A stretch of 64,000 nt of DNA from the human T2T-CHM13v2.0 reference genome, Homo sapiens. Shown in pieces: positions 1 through 14,514 of the stretch. The stretch lies in assembly GCF_009914755.1 (NCBI RefSeq), contig NC_060941.1; one strand, written 5' to 3'. Position 1 is the stretch's first letter. The number at the start of each line of letters is the position of its first letter. The notes beneath the pieces were generated by a model. That model was not told where the DNA came from and ran no database searches. It saw nothing but the letters and a program-made list of their open reading frames with translations. The translations under genes were made by a program, and so were the position numbers.

Positions 1-677
1 TTCCAAAAATGAATTTGCAGCGGTGAGGTTGTGCCCTATACCTGTAACTGAGATCTTCAGGACCTCCCGTGTTATCTGGTACACAACAAGCCAAAGGTGA
101 CACGTTTCTCTGGGAAAAAATGCTCTGGCTAGATTCTAAACCCCATCCTATTGTTACAATTGAAGGCACTGCAGTGTTCAGAGTGACTTTGTAATCTTGG
201 CCCAGTGGCTGAGCAGGCGGGCTCTATGCGGCTGATGAGGATGAGTGCTGTCACGAGAAAAACGAGCCTTGGCGCTTGGCATTCTGCTTTTGGTAAGCCT
301 TGGAGGAAGGAGAGCGTGTTATCAGAAGGAGTCATGGGAATTTAATGCCTTGGAAATAGAAAATGAAGAGCCAGCTGGGAGCCAACTTGTTGTAGAACTT
401 AAAGCAAAACCAATCAGGTGGCCATGGCCTTTAGGATTCATGAATCCTTCTGACCAGAAACAGGGCTCCCACACCCTTGCCTGTTGATGGCTTTCCAATT
501 CGGACATCAGTTTCCATCACCCAAGCAGAGAGATGTGGTTGGCAAGACTGCTCAGATATTTGTAGAATATAGGATAGGAAACAAAGTATAACCTCCTTTG
601 TTCAGCCCTCACTGATCCTTTACCTGATACACACAGCAACACTGTTGCTTCAGCCCTGCCACTGTTAAAAACAAACT

Positions 678-995
<318 letters not shown>

Positions 996-1295
996 TTAAC
1001 CAAGTTAAACATAGTTTAACATAGTTACAAGAGCAAATTTTATTCAAGTGCTTTTGAAATATAGTTACTTAAAACAACTGAAATGATGCTTTCCAATAAA
1101 TCATCTTAATCCTCTGGGCCCTTTGATTAATATTTCATTAATCCCAGTATCAATGTATTTGAAAATACATTGAAAAGATAAAATTATATCTTTAAAATAA
1201 ATGTGTCAGTATTCAGTTCCACATATTAATTGATTGGCTTTGAGCAAGTCTTTAAACTTAGAGAACCTATTTTCTCCCTATAAAATGAGAATATA

Positions 1296-1493
1296 CAGTA
1301 AGACCTCACTTAACATTATCGATAGGTTCTTGGAAACTGTGACTTCAAGTGAAATGATGTATAACAAAACTAGGTTTTTCTCCCTCATCAGCATTATAAG
1401 GAAATGATGTTATTTGAGGACCTGCTGTATGTTGTTTTGCTTAAAATCACAGTTTCCAAGAACTTACTGCTGGTACGGAGTGAAGACGGACTG
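1296..1493. mobile_element. TcMar-Tigger-type MITE (MER82-like) inserted in a MIR
   Basis: TA|CAGT...ACTG|TA ends; inverted repeats sharing gttcttggaaactgtga. Confidence 0.65.
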
Positions 1494-1689
1494 TAATAAC
1501 AACTCTGCATCATCAGATTACACAAGATGTGTGTAGTGGGTACAACCTGCATTTGGTGCCCAGAAGGTGGATTTTCACTCACCCAAAGAGAATTTCTGTT
1601 GCCCTTCTACTTGGTCAGGACAGGATTTGTAGAAAAGCTGAGATTGTGTGATTCACTTACATGAAGGAGGAAGTTTTTAGAATGGACAA

Positions 1690-1990
1690 CTCTTGCTGCC
1701 ACAGCAATCCCTGAAATCTCAGTGGCTTAACACAACCAATATTTCCTTACTGCTCACACACAGTCTGATGCAAATCAGGCAACCCTCCTCCATCTTGCAA
1801 CTGAGCCATCTGGAACAGGTGGCCCCTAGAATCACAGTGACAGGAGGCAAATGGGCTTTTAATTGCCTCAACCCAAAAGGGCAACATCACTTCCTCTCCC
1901 TGTCCATTGGCCAGAACTAGTCATGTGGCTCCAAAGCAGAGGAGATTATGAAATGTAGGGGAGCACATGGGCTGTTTGGGGAATACTATC
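1690..1990 (-). mobile_element. MLT1-type (ERVL-MaLR) LTR remnant
   Basis: ctcagtggcttaacacaa and ccattggccagaactagtcatgtggc motifs typical of old MLT1 LTRs. Confidence 0.6.
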
Positions 1991-2073
1991 TGATGCTGAA
2001 GGTTTGCTCCTATCATTCTAATTTATTCTCTGATATGGCAATATGATAGCCTATTAAGCGTCTTCCCACTGAC

Positions 2074-2500
2074 TTGTTTTGTTTTGTTTTGAGATGAAGT
2101 CTTACTCTGTTGCCCAGTCTAGAGTACAGTGGCACAATCTCAGCTCGCTGTAAACTCTGCCTCCCATTTTCCTGCCTCAGCCTCCTGAGTAGCTGGGATT
2201 ACAGGTGTGTGCCACCGGACCCAGCTAATTTTTGTATTTTTAGTAGAGACAGAGTTTCACCATGTTGGCCACTCCGGTCCCAAACTCCTGACCTCAAGTG
2301 ATCCGCCCGCCTGGGCCGCCCAAAGTGCTGGGATTACAAGCGTGAGCCACCATGCCCAGCCATTTTTTTTTTTTTTTTTGGGGGGGAGAGATTAGGGTCT
2401 TGCTATGTTGCCCAAGCTGGTCTCCAATTCCTGGACTCAAGTGATCCTCTTGCCTCGGCCTCCCGAGCTACTGGGATTACAGGCATGAGCCACTGTGCCT
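2074..2500 (-). mobile_element. Antisense Alu (2074-2361) plus adjacent FLAM/AluJ monomer (2363-2500)
   Basis: Reverse-complement Alu consensus with T-rich tails. Confidence 0.92.
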
Positions 2501-2603
2501 TTCCCCTATTCATTTTTAAGTTTGCTTTCTGGGGTAGGTTTATCTTTATCATTAACCTAGGTTTTACACCACTGGAATTGAAGTGAAATTATCCCCCCAC
2601 TGC

Positions 2604-2978
2604 AATTAGTCCATTTTCACACTGCTATAAAGAACTACCTGATACTGGGTAATTTCCGAAGTAAAGAAGCTTAACAAGAAGCATGACTAGGAGGTCTCAG
2701 GAAACTTACAATCATGGCGGAAGGCAGAGGGGAAGTAAGCATGTCTTACCATGGCGGAGCAGGGGAGAGAGAGAGAGACAACAAGGCGGGAAGCGCCAAA
2801 CACTTTTAAACCATCAGATCTTGTGAGAATTCACTCACTATCATGGAGAACAGCAAGGGGAAATCCGCCCCCATGAGCCAATCACCTCCCTCCAGGACCT
2901 TCCCCCAACAGGTGGGGATTGCAATTTGAGATGAGATTTGGGTGGGGACACGATATGGTTTATGGACACAAACCATAT
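2604..2978 (-). mobile_element. THE1/MSTA-type MaLR solo LTR
   Basis: attagtccattttcacactgctataaag ... gagatttgggtggggacac ... aaccatat. Confidence 0.85.
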
Positions 2979-3241
2979 TGGGAGGTAAGTAGTGGCTTTC
3001 AGGAGTTGGCCGAGCAGTTTTAATGGATTTTTTTCCTTTGCTTAAGGGTGTAGGTTAAGTGTACTAAGCATGTGCTAAGTGGAGAATGGATAAGCAGACT
3101 TGATACTGCCACTATTCTCAAGGAAATGGCTTTGTTTTTGTTAGTTTGAAATGAGAATCCAGTGTATAAATCAGCTCTTGATCTTTTAGACTGACGGGCT
3201 GTGGAAGGGACAACTCATTTCAGTTAAAATAGGCATTTCCA

Positions 3242-3488
3242 GGCTGGGCATAGTGGCTGATACCTGTAATCCCAACACACCTATGCAACAAAGCAAAATC
3301 CTGTCTCTAAAAAAATTGTTAAAAAATTATCTGGGTGTGGTGGTGCATGCCTGTGGTCCCAGCTACTTAGGAGGCTGGGTGGGAGGATTGCTTGAGCCCA
3401 GGAGTTGAGGCTGCATTGAGCTATGATTATGCCACTGCCTTCCAGCCTGGGCAGCAGAGCAAGACACTGTCTCAAAAAAAAAAAAAAA
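3242..3488 (+). mobile_element. AluJ-type element with internal deletion
   Basis: Alu ends present; the middle of the left arm is missing. Confidence 0.88.
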
Positions 3489-4789
3489 TAGTATTGCCAA
3501 ATAGCCAGTATGAATCAGATCTTAATTTTCCTGTGTTTAATACTTTGCTTTGGATTGAACTGTTAGAGAAGTACTTCAGTAGCTAGCTGCTGAGTTACAA
3601 ATATGTTGATTTTTTTCCTATGCATTTATCCTTTAACATTCTAGTCCCCCAGGACCATCTTGAGAACAGTGTGGCCTGCTGCACAAGCTTTTCTCCCTTG
3701 CAAATTTTGTTGGGGAAAGCCACATTTCCCACCTAGCATCACAGAGTGTGTTTTTCTTTAATTTTATAATTTGCAGCTCTACAAAGACTGTGTTGATAGG
3801 AGCAAGGTGTGTGAGACAATAATTATGTTTGTGGAACCTTGTCACATTTTCTTAGACTATTATTTTAGAGAACAGCCCTAAGCCAAGACATTGGGTCTTG
3901 TGATCCTTTTCAAAGAAAATCGTTGGGCTCGTTAATCCTTTGATTCAAGTCTTTTTTAAAATGATATTTTCCATTTTGACTAATTGAAGATTTCCCACTA
4001 AGATAAATGGAAGAGACTTATCATTTGATCAAAATTATAGCAGTGCTTGATGTTTGCCTACTACCCTACAGTTTTCAAACAAAATCCATTTACATTCACT
4101 CATTTAATTATCCCCCTGGTTTTTCTGGATAAGCAGAGTTTCCCATGGGTGGAATGCTTCCATTCTTGGGAATACTTTATATTTCCTCTCAGATTTATAC
4201 ATTTCTAGTTGGCACAGCTTCTGCCGTTCAGATGCAGGAAATAGAGAATGCCACTAGAGAAACAGATGGAAAGACAAGAAGCAGATCCAAGTATGTGTAA
4301 GTTCATTTGTTCATTCATGCATCCAGTCACTTATCTATTTATTCATTATTCATTAAACAAAGTTATTAAATATACTATGGCAGTGTCTCCCATAGGAGGT
4401 AATATGATAGGATGTTTAAAAGTAGAATGCTGGAGTAGGAAATCTTCCATGTAAACATTTGTTCAGACACTTGCTAATTTTAAGTTTTTCACAATTTTTT
4501 AATCTAGGCAATTGGGAAATTATATAGTCAATCTGTCTTTATATGGTATAGCAGTTCTGTGTTTTCTGTTCTAACTTCAAAAAAACAAACGGAAACAGAA
4601 TTGCCCAGTGATTACAATGGCACCAGCCTAGATCAGCCAGCATTTAGCTGACTCCCAGATGTGTAAGCACCCAGCCAAGATCAGCAATGCCCCCTGACTG
4701 GCCCCCTTTAAAGACTTAAACGTAGTCCTAAAATTAATATAGCACCTTCTTTCTGATCCAGGTAGAAGTACGTGTCTAAATGTTTCTAG

Positions 4790-5031
4790 CCCTATGGTAG
4801 TGTCTGCCACGGCAGCAGTAGCAATGGGAGCAGCTGTGTTAAGGAAGAGTGAGGGTTCCAACTTTTCTGCTGATCTGGGAAGTAGTGGATGTGGAGGGTT
4901 GCAGTGTCAGAGAAAAAGCAGCCAGTAGACCTAGGTCTCTTGGTGAAGGCGATGAGTTTGAGGAGTTCCTTGCCAAAGGCTGGGCTGGCTTAGATGAAGA
5001 TGCACGTGTCTGGGAAGATAACTGGGATAAT
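4790..5031 (+). pseudogene. SEM1: Processed pseudogene fragment of SEM1 (DSS1/SHFM1): 5' UTR plus about two-thirds of the CDS
   Basis: From 4904: (GTG)[12 protein letters not shown], frameshift, [28 protein letters not shown] versus SEM1 [45 protein letters not shown]. Upstream ggaagagtgagggttccaacttttctgc resembles the SEM1 5' UTR. Start codon lost; no intron. Confidence 0.9.
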
Positions 5032-5124
5032 CTTAAGGCCAGAAGTTTGAGAATTTGGAAAACGGGCACTTGTTTACTGGTGGGAGTGAGCGTGCTACTG
5101 TTTTGAGTAACCTGGCAATGTGTC

Positions 5125-5422
5125 TTTTTTTTTTTTTTTGAGACAGCATCTCACTCTGTCGCCCAGGCTGGAGTGCAGTGGGGGCGATCTTGGCTCACTA
5201 TACTCTGCCTCATGGGTTGAAGCAACTCTCCTGCCTCAGCCTCCCGAGTAGCTGGGATTACAGGCATGCACCACCACACCTGGCTACCTTTTTTGTATTT
5301 TTAGTAGAAACGGGGTTTCACCATGTTGGCCAGGCTGGCCTCAACCTCCTGACCTGAAGTAATCCACCCACCTCGGCTTCCCAAAGTTCTGGAATTACAG
5401 GCGTGAGCCACTGCCCCTGGCC
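5125..5422 (-). mobile_element. Alu with TSD gcaatgtgtctt
   Basis: Antisense Alu consensus with a direct repeat on both flanks. Confidence 0.93.
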
Positions 5423-5690
5423 AGCAATGTGTCTTAAAAAGTTTTACTTTTGAGTTAGAAGCATTTATTTTGACCCACCAATTCTATTGACAGGAATTTA
5501 TTTTGCAGAAATAGTCAAAGGTCTTGCCAAGATACTCATGATATATTATTAAATAAACAAACTGACCACAAAATAGCAGGCTCACATAATTCAGTTTTTA
5601 ATGCATATGTACACACATATCACACCTAGAAAAAAATATGGAAAGGTTTTATATGGAAATAACATTAATATTTCTGGATAGTGATCATAA

Positions 5691-6011
<321 letters not shown>

Positions 6012-7124
6012 GCTTCCTTATTTCTTTAGCTTTTCATTTTCTTCCTAATTGTTCTTTAATGAGCATGCATGGCTTCTGGAATTTTTTTTAAAAGCACAAA
6101 AAGATTATTTTTAACAGAATGGTTTTACCTGGTAATGGAAAATATAATGACATTGGTATCAGGGAGATAAATTCAGTCCAGTCCTTTTGGGAGAGCAATT
6201 TACCATTGTATCAAAGGTTATAAAAATATGCAACTCCTTTGATGCAAAATTTTGTCTGGGAACTGGAATGAGATGTATCATCCCCGGGTAATAGACTGGA
6301 GACTCATTTCTTGGGGTTTCTTATGTGTGTATTTTCCAAGTTTTCAGAAAAGAATGTGCAGAACAAAGGTTGTAAAAGAAATTAGAGACTCCTTGTAGGT
6401 TCCTATGTTTATATCATTTTCTTGTCAAGGAAATGAGCTACAAAGGTGCCAGATCTAATCTTGTTTACCCTTGTTACTGCCCACACTTAAACTGTTGGTG
6501 CTTGTGTTTCTCATCCTACATGCAGAAATATTAGTAATACATTAAAGAAATGAAAGTGGGCAGACATGCAGAAAGTTTTATGTCCGAGGACATTTAATTA
6601 GACATTCTGGGCCATTAAAAAAAAAAAATCCCAGAACATTTCAAAGTAAAAGTTGTAAGCGAAATGGCAGAATGGTTATGCTGAGTACCTGTTAGTGTGT
6701 CTTGACCTTGAATCCTGGCATGTGATCCATGGGTCTGGGAATTGTGTGCAGCAGGTACACAGCGTACCTGAGAGGTAATGAAGCCAGTGTTTTAATAAGC
6801 CCTGCCATACTTAGAAATTCAAATCCATGTTACTCCCTTCCACGAAGGGAGGTTATAGAATTATTCTAGTACTTCTGATAGCCACAAAGGTAGAAGGAAG
6901 TGTAGAATGAGCTCCCTGTGGACCCATCACCAATTTCAACAGCTGCCAGCATTTGCCAACTCATTTCATTTATTTTTCTCCCACCTCATTTATTGAAGTG
7001 TTTTTTTTTAATTTAAGATATGTCAGTTCACCCATAAATACTTTATCTCTTTTCTATTTCACCCATAAATATACTCATTTCTAACTGATAAGCACACTTT
7101 AAAAATGTTTTAATAGTATTATTA

Positions 7125-7248
7125 CTTTTTAAGAGACAGAGTCTTGCTACGTTGCCCAGGCTAGCCTCAAACTCCTGGGCTCAAGTGATCCTCCTGCCTC
7201 AGCCTCCCAAGTAGCTGGGACTCCAGACTCACACCACCACACCCAGCC
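7125..7248 (-). mobile_element. Alu monomer (FLAM-like)
   Basis: Single antisense Alu arm. Confidence 0.85.
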
Positions 7249-7613
7249 AGAAAACATGTTTTCTAACTAGTCAACATACCATTATGCCACCTAACAAAAT
7301 GAATGGTAAGTCCTCAGTATCATCTGACATCCAGATTGTATCTTAATTTTCCCAGTTGTTTCAAATTTTCTTTGTTGCAGTTGGCTCTAGATACTATATT
7401 TGCTTACTATATTTTATGTCTTTTAAAAAGTGTTTTAAAACTTCTGTTTTTCAATAGACTGAATGTATATCATTGCACTTCTCTGTGCAACACAAGAAAA
7501 CTATAATGTTTCCTTATCATCATCCTTACTATTATACTCTTAGTAAAGCCCTGTTACATAGTTTGATCATCTTATATGTCAGACTCAAACTCTGAATGAC
7601 CTCTGGCTTTTCC

Positions 7614-7771
7614 TTTTTTTTTTTTTTTTTTTAATTAAAAAAATTTTTTTTAATAGAGACAGGATCTTACTATGTCACCCAAGCTGGTTTCAAACTCCTG
7701 GACTCAAGCAATCTTCCTGCCTCAGCCTCCCAAAGTGCTGGGATTAGAGGTGTGAGCTGCTGCACCCGGCC
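7614..7771 (-). mobile_element. Alu monomer (FLAM_C-like), TSD tctggctttt
   Basis: Single antisense arm with T-tail and flanking direct repeat. Confidence 0.85.
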
Positions 7772-8104
7772 TCTGGCTTTTTCTCAAAATTAAATCCACC
7801 TCAGTGTCCACATACTTTCTGCCAGGGAGGATAATTAAAACTACCTTCAGACAGTGCTGTGGCATCTCCAGGTGGATTCAGAACAAGATTCCCCAAACCA
7901 GCCGTGGGCAGTGAATCACGGGGTGATAGTTCTCCGTGTGTCTGATTTGAAGGGTCCTCTTCCCTTGGCGTAACATCAAAGACAGATCTTAGCACCTCAT
8001 CTGCATGAACTGAGTGTATAAATGCCTACCTGCTTGACTTACCTGTTCTGACAGGGGCTATTGGACTTACCACTAATGTAATTGATGTGTTTGTTTTCAC
8101 ACAG

Positions 8105-8185
8105 ATAATCGCTTATCAGCCGTATGGAAAATCTGTGGACTGGTGGGCCTATGGCGTCCTGTTGTATGAAATGCTTGCCGGGCAG
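8105..8185 (+). CDS. PRKCA: PKC-alpha coding exon (exon 14; aa 509-535, [27 protein letters not shown], kinase subdomain IX)
   Basis: ttttcacacag|ATA acceptor and CAG|gtaatg donor; 81 nt; translation matches the PKC-alpha catalytic domain (DWWAYG motif). Not in the ORF track. Confidence 0.97.
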
Positions 8186-8383
8186 GTAATGTTTTGCTAC
8201 ATTTTCATGTTTGTTTATTGCTGTGTTATGTGAATACTTCAGCTCTGGTTGGGCCTCGAGAGCAAGACCTGACGTTTTAGTGCAGCTGGTGTTGGCGTGA
8301 CTTCCCTGACCCAGGCGAAAGAGGGAGAAACGCCCCCTTCAAAGTGGATCACGTTCAGTATGCACAGAAATTATCTCTGGTCA

Positions 8384-8750
<367 letters not shown>

Positions 8751-9134
8751 TGTGCACGTTGATGACAGCAGTGGCCTCTAAGTTTTCAGTATCTTAAAAC
8801 TGGGGTTGGGTTATATGGTTCCCTGCAAGTTTGTCTGCAAAGATTGCCCCAGCTGCTGCCAATGTGTGTAATTAGTATTATTATTTAAGGAAGAAGACAG
8901 TTACCTTGAAGAAGTGTTTTAATAGTTTCTCCCCATCTCCTCCTATCTCACCCTTGGCAATTCGTTGTAATTTTCACTGAAGTCCAGTGAGGCTGAACAT
9001 CCAGTTAAGGAAGGTAAATTAGCTTTCTCTTATGATGTGACATGTACCAGATAACCATGTGCCTTATTGCCTAACATGGCACTTTCTAATATAATGGCCT
9101 TAATATCTGTGTCATCAGGGTGAATCGTACTATC

Positions 9135-9499
9135 TGCCACTTCTAGGCCTGGCCCCTAAGACATCCTTTATGACTGTCCTCATGCTCTAGGCTGAAATTA
9201 GGAGGAATTAGTGGAGAAATCTGAGACCCTACAAGATGGTGGTGCTGATGGATGCGAGAAGCCTGAGTCTTTGAATGACCCTGTGGGTCAGTGCCCACCC
9301 CCACATAGGACACTTCCGTGGCAAAGTCCCATGTGGGGGTGGGGCACTGACCCACAGGTTCATTCAAGGACACAGGTTTCTCCTGTCCGTCAGCCCTACT
9401 ACCTTTTAGGGTCTCAGATTTCTCCGCTAATTCCTCCTCCTTTCAGCCGAGCACAGATCAGTTACATAGGATATCTTAGGGGCCGGCCTAGAAATGGCA
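9135..9499. mobile_element. Palindromic MITE-like foldback element (family not assigned)
   Basis: Arms of ~175 bp are reverse complements with scattered mismatches and indels around a ~14-nt loop (9312-9325); similar peptides appear on both strands in the ORF track. Confidence 0.75.
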
Positions 9500-9849
9500 T
9501 GTATCACTTCTGCCTAGGTTCCACTGGCCACTTGGCCCCAGTGGGACACAAAGAGGCAGGAAGTATAGCATATCTGAGAGCTCAGCAGGGGAAGCAGGCT
9601 TGGTAATCACGAAGCAGGCTTGGTAATCACCCAGCAGATCTCTGCCTTATACTAAACATGATTCTGCCGTGGGCAGCTTTTTATAATTCCCAGCACTCAC
9701 ATGCTAGTGCCAAGACCTGTGACTCTCCATAGCCAGAAGCCTTAGTCAGAGACAATGGAAAGAGATGGCCATGCTGTGCGACAGAGCCACCCCCAAAGAC
9801 ATCTTTGTTTCTGGGGAAAAAGTCTTCCCTTCCCACATGTTACGTCCAT

Positions 9850-10290
9850 TGACTCATTTATTCATTCACTCACCACGTATTTATTCACTGAATGCTTACA
9901 ATGTGCATGGCCATAAGGATGAACAAAACAGACGAGAATCCTTAACTTCGTGAAGCTTACAGCTTAGAGGAGGAGAGACAGCAGACAGGTTAGATAAGGA
10001 AAATGTATAACACAGCAGAGGTAAGCTAGGAAGAAAAGTAATAAAGCAGGAAAGAAGATAGTGTTGGGGGAGGTTGAAATTGGCCAGAGAGGATAAGGTT
10101 AAGACCTAAAGGAAGTATGGGGTTGTCTGTGTGCATATCTGTTGAAAGGGCATTCCAGGCAGAGGGAGCCACCACGCGAAGGCCCTAAGGCCAGGGAATG
10201 TGCAGCCACGTTTAAGAAATGGAAGCTCCCAGCAGGGCTAGAGCAGAATTGAGCTAGAGAGGGAGGGAGTAGGAGGCCTGAGGCCAGAGA
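9850..10290 (-). mobile_element. L2 LINE 3' fragment
   Basis: cattcactcacc...tatttatt...aatgcttac end motif and aagggcattccaggcagaggg...ggccctaagg segment typical of L2. Confidence 0.65.
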
Positions 10291-10311
10291 GGAAGAGGCT
10301 CTGGATCCTGT

Positions 10312-11320
10312 TGTTAGCAGTGGTGCATCCCCATGAGGCTGCAGCAACCTCAGTTCTTGCCTCCTCAGAAGAAAGAATTTGACTGTGGGGCATCAGGTAG
10401 AGTGAGAGCCTAAGACAAGCTGTTTCTGTTTTGTTTTGTTTTGTTTTTGAGATGGAGTTTTGCTCTGTTGCCCAGGCTGGAGTCGGTGGCGCGATCTCAG
10501 CTCACTGCACCCTCCGCCTCCCAGGTTCAAGCAATTTTCTGCCTCAGCCTCCTTAGTAGCTGGGATTACAGGCACCTGCCAACACGCTTGGCTAATTTTT
10601 GTATTTTTAGTAAAGACGGGGTTTCACCATCTTGGCCAGGCTGGTCCTGAGCTCCTGACCTCGTGATCCACCCGCCTCAGCCTCCCAAAGTGCTGGGATT
10701 ACAGGCATGAGCCACTGCACCTGGCCTAAGACAAGTTTTAGAGAGGAATGAAAGTTCATGGAAAAGCTTTCAAGCAGGAGCAAAAGGAAGTAAAGTACAC
10801 TTGGAAGAGGGCCAAGCCGGCGACTTGAGAGATCTAGTGCACTCTTTGACTTTTGACTTGGGGTTTTATGCATTGGTGTTCTTCCAGGGTCTTACATCTC
10901 TTCTCCCCTGATTCTTCCCTTGGGTTGGGCTGTCTGCGTGCGCAGTGGCCTGCTAGTGCTTGGGAGGGGCGGCATGTGCAGTGTGTTTACTGGAGTTACG
11001 TGTGTGCTCAGCTGAGGCATTCTTCCCTTACCAGTCAGATGTCCTAGAAGGTGGTGTACCAGTTAAACTCCGCCATGTTGCCTTTTCATGCGCGTGCTTG
11101 AGCCCACTCGCCCAACTCCTGAAATCTTATTGGGAAGCTGCTGCTCACCAGTTTCAGGTGTTTCCCTTTATTGGGAGACTGCCTTTCCTTGGTGCTGGCT
11201 GCGACCAATTATTATTTTACAGAGAGAGAGTTAACCACCTGATGGTCGCCTGACATTCCTGGTGGGTAGGGGGAGCCCTCTCCTGCCCTGCCCATGTCCG
11301 AACAGCCACCTGTTGTAACA
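10312..11320 (-). mobile_element. ERV1-class solo LTR (MER50-like) interrupted by an Alu at 10424-10726
   Basis: TGTTA...TAACA termini with 4-bp TSD ctgt on both sides; the nested antisense Alu has TSD taagacaag. Confidence 0.8.
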
Positions 11321-12350
11321 CTGTGACCATGAACGTCATCTCCAGATCAGCGGCTTTGCCTCTAGGATGGGAGGCTGTGGATGATCTCTCCTTTATGTGT
11401 CTTTCATTATATTTCCTAAATACTGAAATGGTCTTGTAGACATTGAAAGACATAAAGCTTTAGCCTGCATTTGATCATTATTTCTCAATGGTGTTAAGGC
11501 TTGACTGACATCAAAAGAGTGGTTTATTATTTATTTAGTTCCCCTCCCCCCACCCCAAATCAAAGCATTCCTCTTAGGCCAAATACGTCCGGGTGTAAAC
11601 ACAGAAAGGCAGTTCGTACACAGTCACCATCAGTGAGTCAATGGCTGGAGAAACAGGAGTTGTCTGCTCCTCAAGTTAATTTCCCCCTCTTTAAAATTTT
11701 TACAGTAAAATTCGGCTCTGAATTACAGGCCCCCTAAGAGTCCTGCTTTTCATGAAGTCACAAAAAGCCAAGTCCCCCTCTTGATCCCACTTGAATGTTC
11801 AGCTCTTGAGTCTGGAAAACAAACCCTGCTTTCATTAAGAGTCACATTTGCATATGCTAACATGCAAAAGGGGCTGGGCGGAAACGAAGCCAGGATCTGT
11901 TTCCGAGGGCGCTTTACAAGAGGTCACGTGAGTAGACTCTTGGCCAGCAGGAGACAAGAATTTCAGAACCCAGGTCTGCAGGAAAGTCCTCCTCCCTCCC
12001 GCAGCCTGGCTTCTCCCCTCTCCAAGCCTTCCTGGGATCTCATTCACTAGGGGAGAACTCAGGGAATGCTTTCTTCTGGCAGAGAAGTCCCCTTTGGGGG
12101 GTGCATTTTGAAGCTCTGCCACACTGGCCTCAGACCTCATTTGCAAATTGGCCTGAGGTGATTTACAGGCCTTATTTAAAGGTTTCCCTACTAAGCTCAC
12201 GCCCCCTGGAGAGCACCAGGCTCCAGCTCTCAATAGTTCTGCAAACTTTCTGGCCTGTTTCCAATATTTCCCACACTGCTTCTCAGAGCCACTTAGCCTG
12301 CCTTATATGCATACTTTCAGGTCTCCATCATCTCTATTAAAAACGGTGAT

Positions 12351-12985
<635 letters not shown>

Positions 12986-14514
12986 CAACTCCTTAAAGGC
13001 ACTCCACATTCTGGTGCAATGGCAGGCACAGATAACAGCCTTTGTTCCTCTAAATCTCCACCTCACCCGCCTCAAACACAGTGTTTTCATTCAAATCCCC
13101 TTCTTCATCTTTCTCTCTGACTCCTCAATGCAAATTTAAATGTATTCCTAGGCTGTCACTCAGCTCAGAAAGGATAATGAAGGCTCTACCCAGTATTATC
13201 CACAGCCCCTCCAAGCTTCAGCAATCCCAGAGACCCAGCAAACGGAATAGATGTTGTTATTGAAAAGTAAGATTAATGATAAAGTCGTTGACAGGGTTTT
13301 GGTCTAAGTTTGTCCTCTTTAATCGCAGAGGGCTGAAGATGAGCAGGAAAAAAATAGTTTATTGCCATTTTCTTCTCATTTGCTTTATTTATTGTCAGCA
13401 GCCAAGGGGGCAGTTAAGAATAAACAGCCTCAGTCTTTATTCAGTTCCTGGACTGCTTGACAAATACAATCACTTTTGGGGCATAAATAGTGTTTACCCA
13501 GCACTCTAATGAGCACCTTGTGCCTGCAAGTGTTCTCGGTGATCGTCATAAAGGGACCAGCCCTCTCCTTATGCCCTTTTCTCCCTGGGTTATTTATGCT
13601 TTGATTTCACTCCTACTGAATCAGTAATCGCCACTTCATCTTAACTTCGGCCTGAATTGTCCAGGGGAGCATGCCTAGCCCCCAGCCCAGGTTTCCGTGA
13701 TTTGCAAATAAGCGTGGCCTCCATGACCACTTCCTAGCTGAGATCACACCAGTGCAGTGAGGTGGCTCACAGCTGTGATTAGGAATCCTTTTTTGCAAAA
13801 TGTGAACCATCACTCCTCATGTGTTGGTTTCCACAAATCACATATTGTTAAAGTGGGAAGGAGCGGGTGAGAGGGGATAGAACCCATTCAGAAAATGTTT
13901 ACACCAACCCAAGACTTTTCAACAGGTAGCTTAGCCTGGAACATTGAGTCCAAATTTGTAGAAATTAAAAACCATGGGAATGGGGGAAAGAGGCGAGAGA
14001 AGGCATCCAAAATGGTAATGTACTAAAGCACCTGAGTGACACGTTACCCCCATGGTCCCCAGGCTAAGTGGCTGGCAGTACCAGAAAGGAAAAGGAATAG
14101 AATTAGTAACTTTTCACCGTTCCCTTGCCTTCAACGCCAGGGCCTGAGAGCGAGTGATTACCTGTCAGATGCTCCAGGGAGACTTGAGCCTAGAGAGACT
14201 TAACAAAGGCCGTAAATGTGTTCACATTTTTTTAGGCTGCAGGATGCCACACCTGGGACGTTATTATGGGGATGTGATTCAGAGAAGAAAACAATGATAT
14301 GCACAGGTGTCTCTAGTAGCGTTAGTGATGAGGGTACATGCTGGAAGCAATTGTAAATGTGCCATGGAACAGTGGATCTGTCCTGATGACGCATCACCTC
14401 AATGGCATTCAACTCATGGGAACACTGGCAGCAACAAAGAAAATGTATTTGCAACAGTCGGTGAAAAACAAAAAAACTCCAAATTATGCATCATAATTTG
14501 AAAATAATATAAGA

